Shown here in pieces: positions 61,990 to 64,000 of a DNA stretch of 64,000 bases. The notes under the pieces were generated by a model. It saw nothing but the letters and a program-made list of their open reading frames with translations. It was not told the DNA's origin and did not search any database. The translations under genes were made by a program, and so were the position numbers. This DNA is from Marsupella aquatica (Eukaryota > Plantae > Marchantiophyta), in contig OZ316894.1 of NCBI GenBank assembly GCA_973895155.1, positions 24,674,709-24,738,708 of the forward strand. Reading direction: 5' to 3'. Within the stretch, counting starts at the first letter, position 1. Every line of letters starts with the position of its first letter.

Positions 61990-63980
61990 CAAGGTCTTCA
62001 TAAACCAATAACTGCATCTAAAATTGTTTCTTGAACTTCTCCATATGATTGTGTTGTTAGGTCACACACATCTGACTCCTCAATTCCCAACCCTTGTACT
62101 GCATGATTGACTGGATAAGTGCATGGAAGTACTCTTTGTACTTGTCCATTGCACTCATCAATAAATGCTTCTTGTGTATCCATTGCACTAAGTGATAAAT
62201 GCATGTGTGTACTTACAAGAAAAATAACTCTAATTTGAGGGGAATCTGCCCACTGAACCATGGTACACTAAATCAATGAATGAGAGGAGGGTTTCATTTG
62301 CTGATGCTGAGCAGAGGGATCTCTGTTGGCATTGTTGTGGGGGAGTCCTCAAGTACAGTAACATAGATTCATTGGATAAGTGCTAACATTGGATAAGTGC
62401 TAACATTCCCTAGCCATTCCATGAAAAATTAAGTGTTGAGGCAAATTATTGGAACTACTAATAAATGTGTCCTTGAGACAGGCCTAAGATTTGCCTAATT
62501 ACAAAATCAACTCTCTTAGTTGTAAGGCATGCCACTGTTCCTTTGTCATTGCATGGTACCATAGGGGAGAGTTGAAAGCACTCAAGCTATAACAAAAGTG
62601 CTGCAAGTAGATCCCTGTGTAGAACATTTTATGTGAGAGTCTCATTCAAAGCATTGTTTGGGCTTGAAGGGACCAATTCAATCTGACCTCAAAGATTTTC
62701 CTAAGTTAGTAAGAGATTCCTTCAATTGTAGTAGGAAGGAATTTTTTTTATCTCAGACTTTCAGGTCATTTATGTAATTTTGTAAGGTTGTTGATATCAT
62801 TTTCCCTTGATTTTACGGGCTTAATGTTATGTTCATGTCATAATGATTTACCTCCAAGCTTGTGTGTGAGTTATCACGAGCAAGAGCCTCTCATTGTTTT
62901 TTTTTAATGATTATCAGAATTTGCATTCATCTGTATCTTCCAGCTTTAATTGATAACACGAGGAAGGCTCACAGTAGTGCTTTATGCAAGACTCCCATTA
63001 ATGGGATATGTTGCTTTGAGGTATTGGGAGTGCTGAATCCTATATGTTTTGTTACATCAAAAGTTATTGAACACAACTTTTAGTGGGTTCAACAATAAGA
63101 ACTGGAATCTCAAAATTCCAACTCTTGACACTCCATTAGTGCCTTGCAAATCACTTGGGGATGAAATAATCCAACTTCCCCCCAAAAGAGTATAATTCCC
63201 AAAATTGATTCTGGCCTTGCAGCAAAGCCTTCATTTTGCTCAAATGATACATATTACATTGAAGAGTGAAATATGACAGAATAAGAGAGGATTTTGTATA
63301 TGGAAATGTGTAGCTCTCTCAATTCTTAATGAAAGTTGGCAACATTTGATTCCCTGAAAAAATCTTTCCAAGCCACTTCTAACAAAACCAAGAACAATCA
63401 AGTTCACTTTCTATCAAGGGAAAATTAATGGGAAAATTTTGTAAATAAAAACCTTTCTGAATTAAGTGGAAAGAGTGTATAATAAGTGAAACATGGTAGT
63501 CTTTGAAAATTATGCTCTCAATTCTTAACAAGACTTATGACATGAAACTTGCTGGGAAGATCTTTTCAAGTTGCTGCTCATGAACCCAAGTAAGCTGCGT
63601 GTTGGCCTGCAGACAAATTTAAGGTCAAAGTTTGCTGACAAATTTCTTTAAAAGTGAGGCGATGACAATGTAAAGGGTGTCACGGTCCATGGGGACTGTA
63701 TAGCTCACAAGCTTAGTCCTTCTGGGCTTCAGGTTCAGTCACTCAAGTAGTAAGGAGAATTACCCAGAGAATTATTTTCCTGCACAATTAAAAATCTCTG
63801 TAGAAAGGTAGACCTTATTGTCTATAGTCCAGTGCAAGCACCTCTAGGAGTATAGAGTCCATATGTGGCCAGGATGGGGCCTTAACATGCCAACTCCTGC
63901 CAAACTTGCCAAAGTCCACAGGCGAAATACACTGTCATCCCCAAATCCTCCTGCAACTTTACCTATGTGCAATCAACCAA
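61990..63980 (-). pseudogene. Probable decayed transposon-borne coding sequence in a CpG-depleted block
   Basis: Very few CG dinucleotides. One minus-strand frame (~63080-62850) reads KVVFNNF*CNKTYRIQHSQYLKATYP...ANSDNH*KKQ*EALARDNSH, where every stop could derive from CGA/CAA by C-to-T. No family recognised. Confidence 0.3.
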
Positions 63981-64000
63981 CACAGGCGAGAGTTGAACTT

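Overview
Eukaryotic plant nuclear DNA. Intron-rich genes and long CT-rich leaders suggest a bryophyte-grade land plant, but the taxon is an inference. Exon by exon I could reconstruct four conserved genes: plastid histidinol-phosphate aminotransferase (minus, 5911-9058), an NDUFAF4/At3g21400-like protein (minus, 31542-32948), a KONJAC/GMPPA-type GDP-mannose pyrophosphorylase alpha subunit (plus, 46193-51128) and plastid omega-6 desaturase FAD6 (minus, 55886-59596). The window also holds an intact tRNA-Ser(UGA) and an intronless, GC-rich gene for an 8-Cys secreted protein (26272-26655). Mobile DNA comprises a full-length but inactivated Helitron (9627-17796), Helitron remnants, a long-TIR Mutator-like MITE with a 9-bp TSD (23631-24436) and a full-length Bianca-type Ty1/copia element with 110-bp LTRs and a 5-bp TSD (35045-41279). 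The strongest novel signal is a tandemly duplicated 49-nt exon pair in the KONJAC gene with the hallmarks of mutually exclusive exons: including both or neither creates a premature stop, and the two versions swap a likely phosphorylation loop (RRLTSLE vs RRVSSFE). Other leads are the possibly fungal-derived secreted protein and a copia primer-binding site that appears to record inosine editing of a half-tRNA-Ile primer. All alignments and translations were done by eye.
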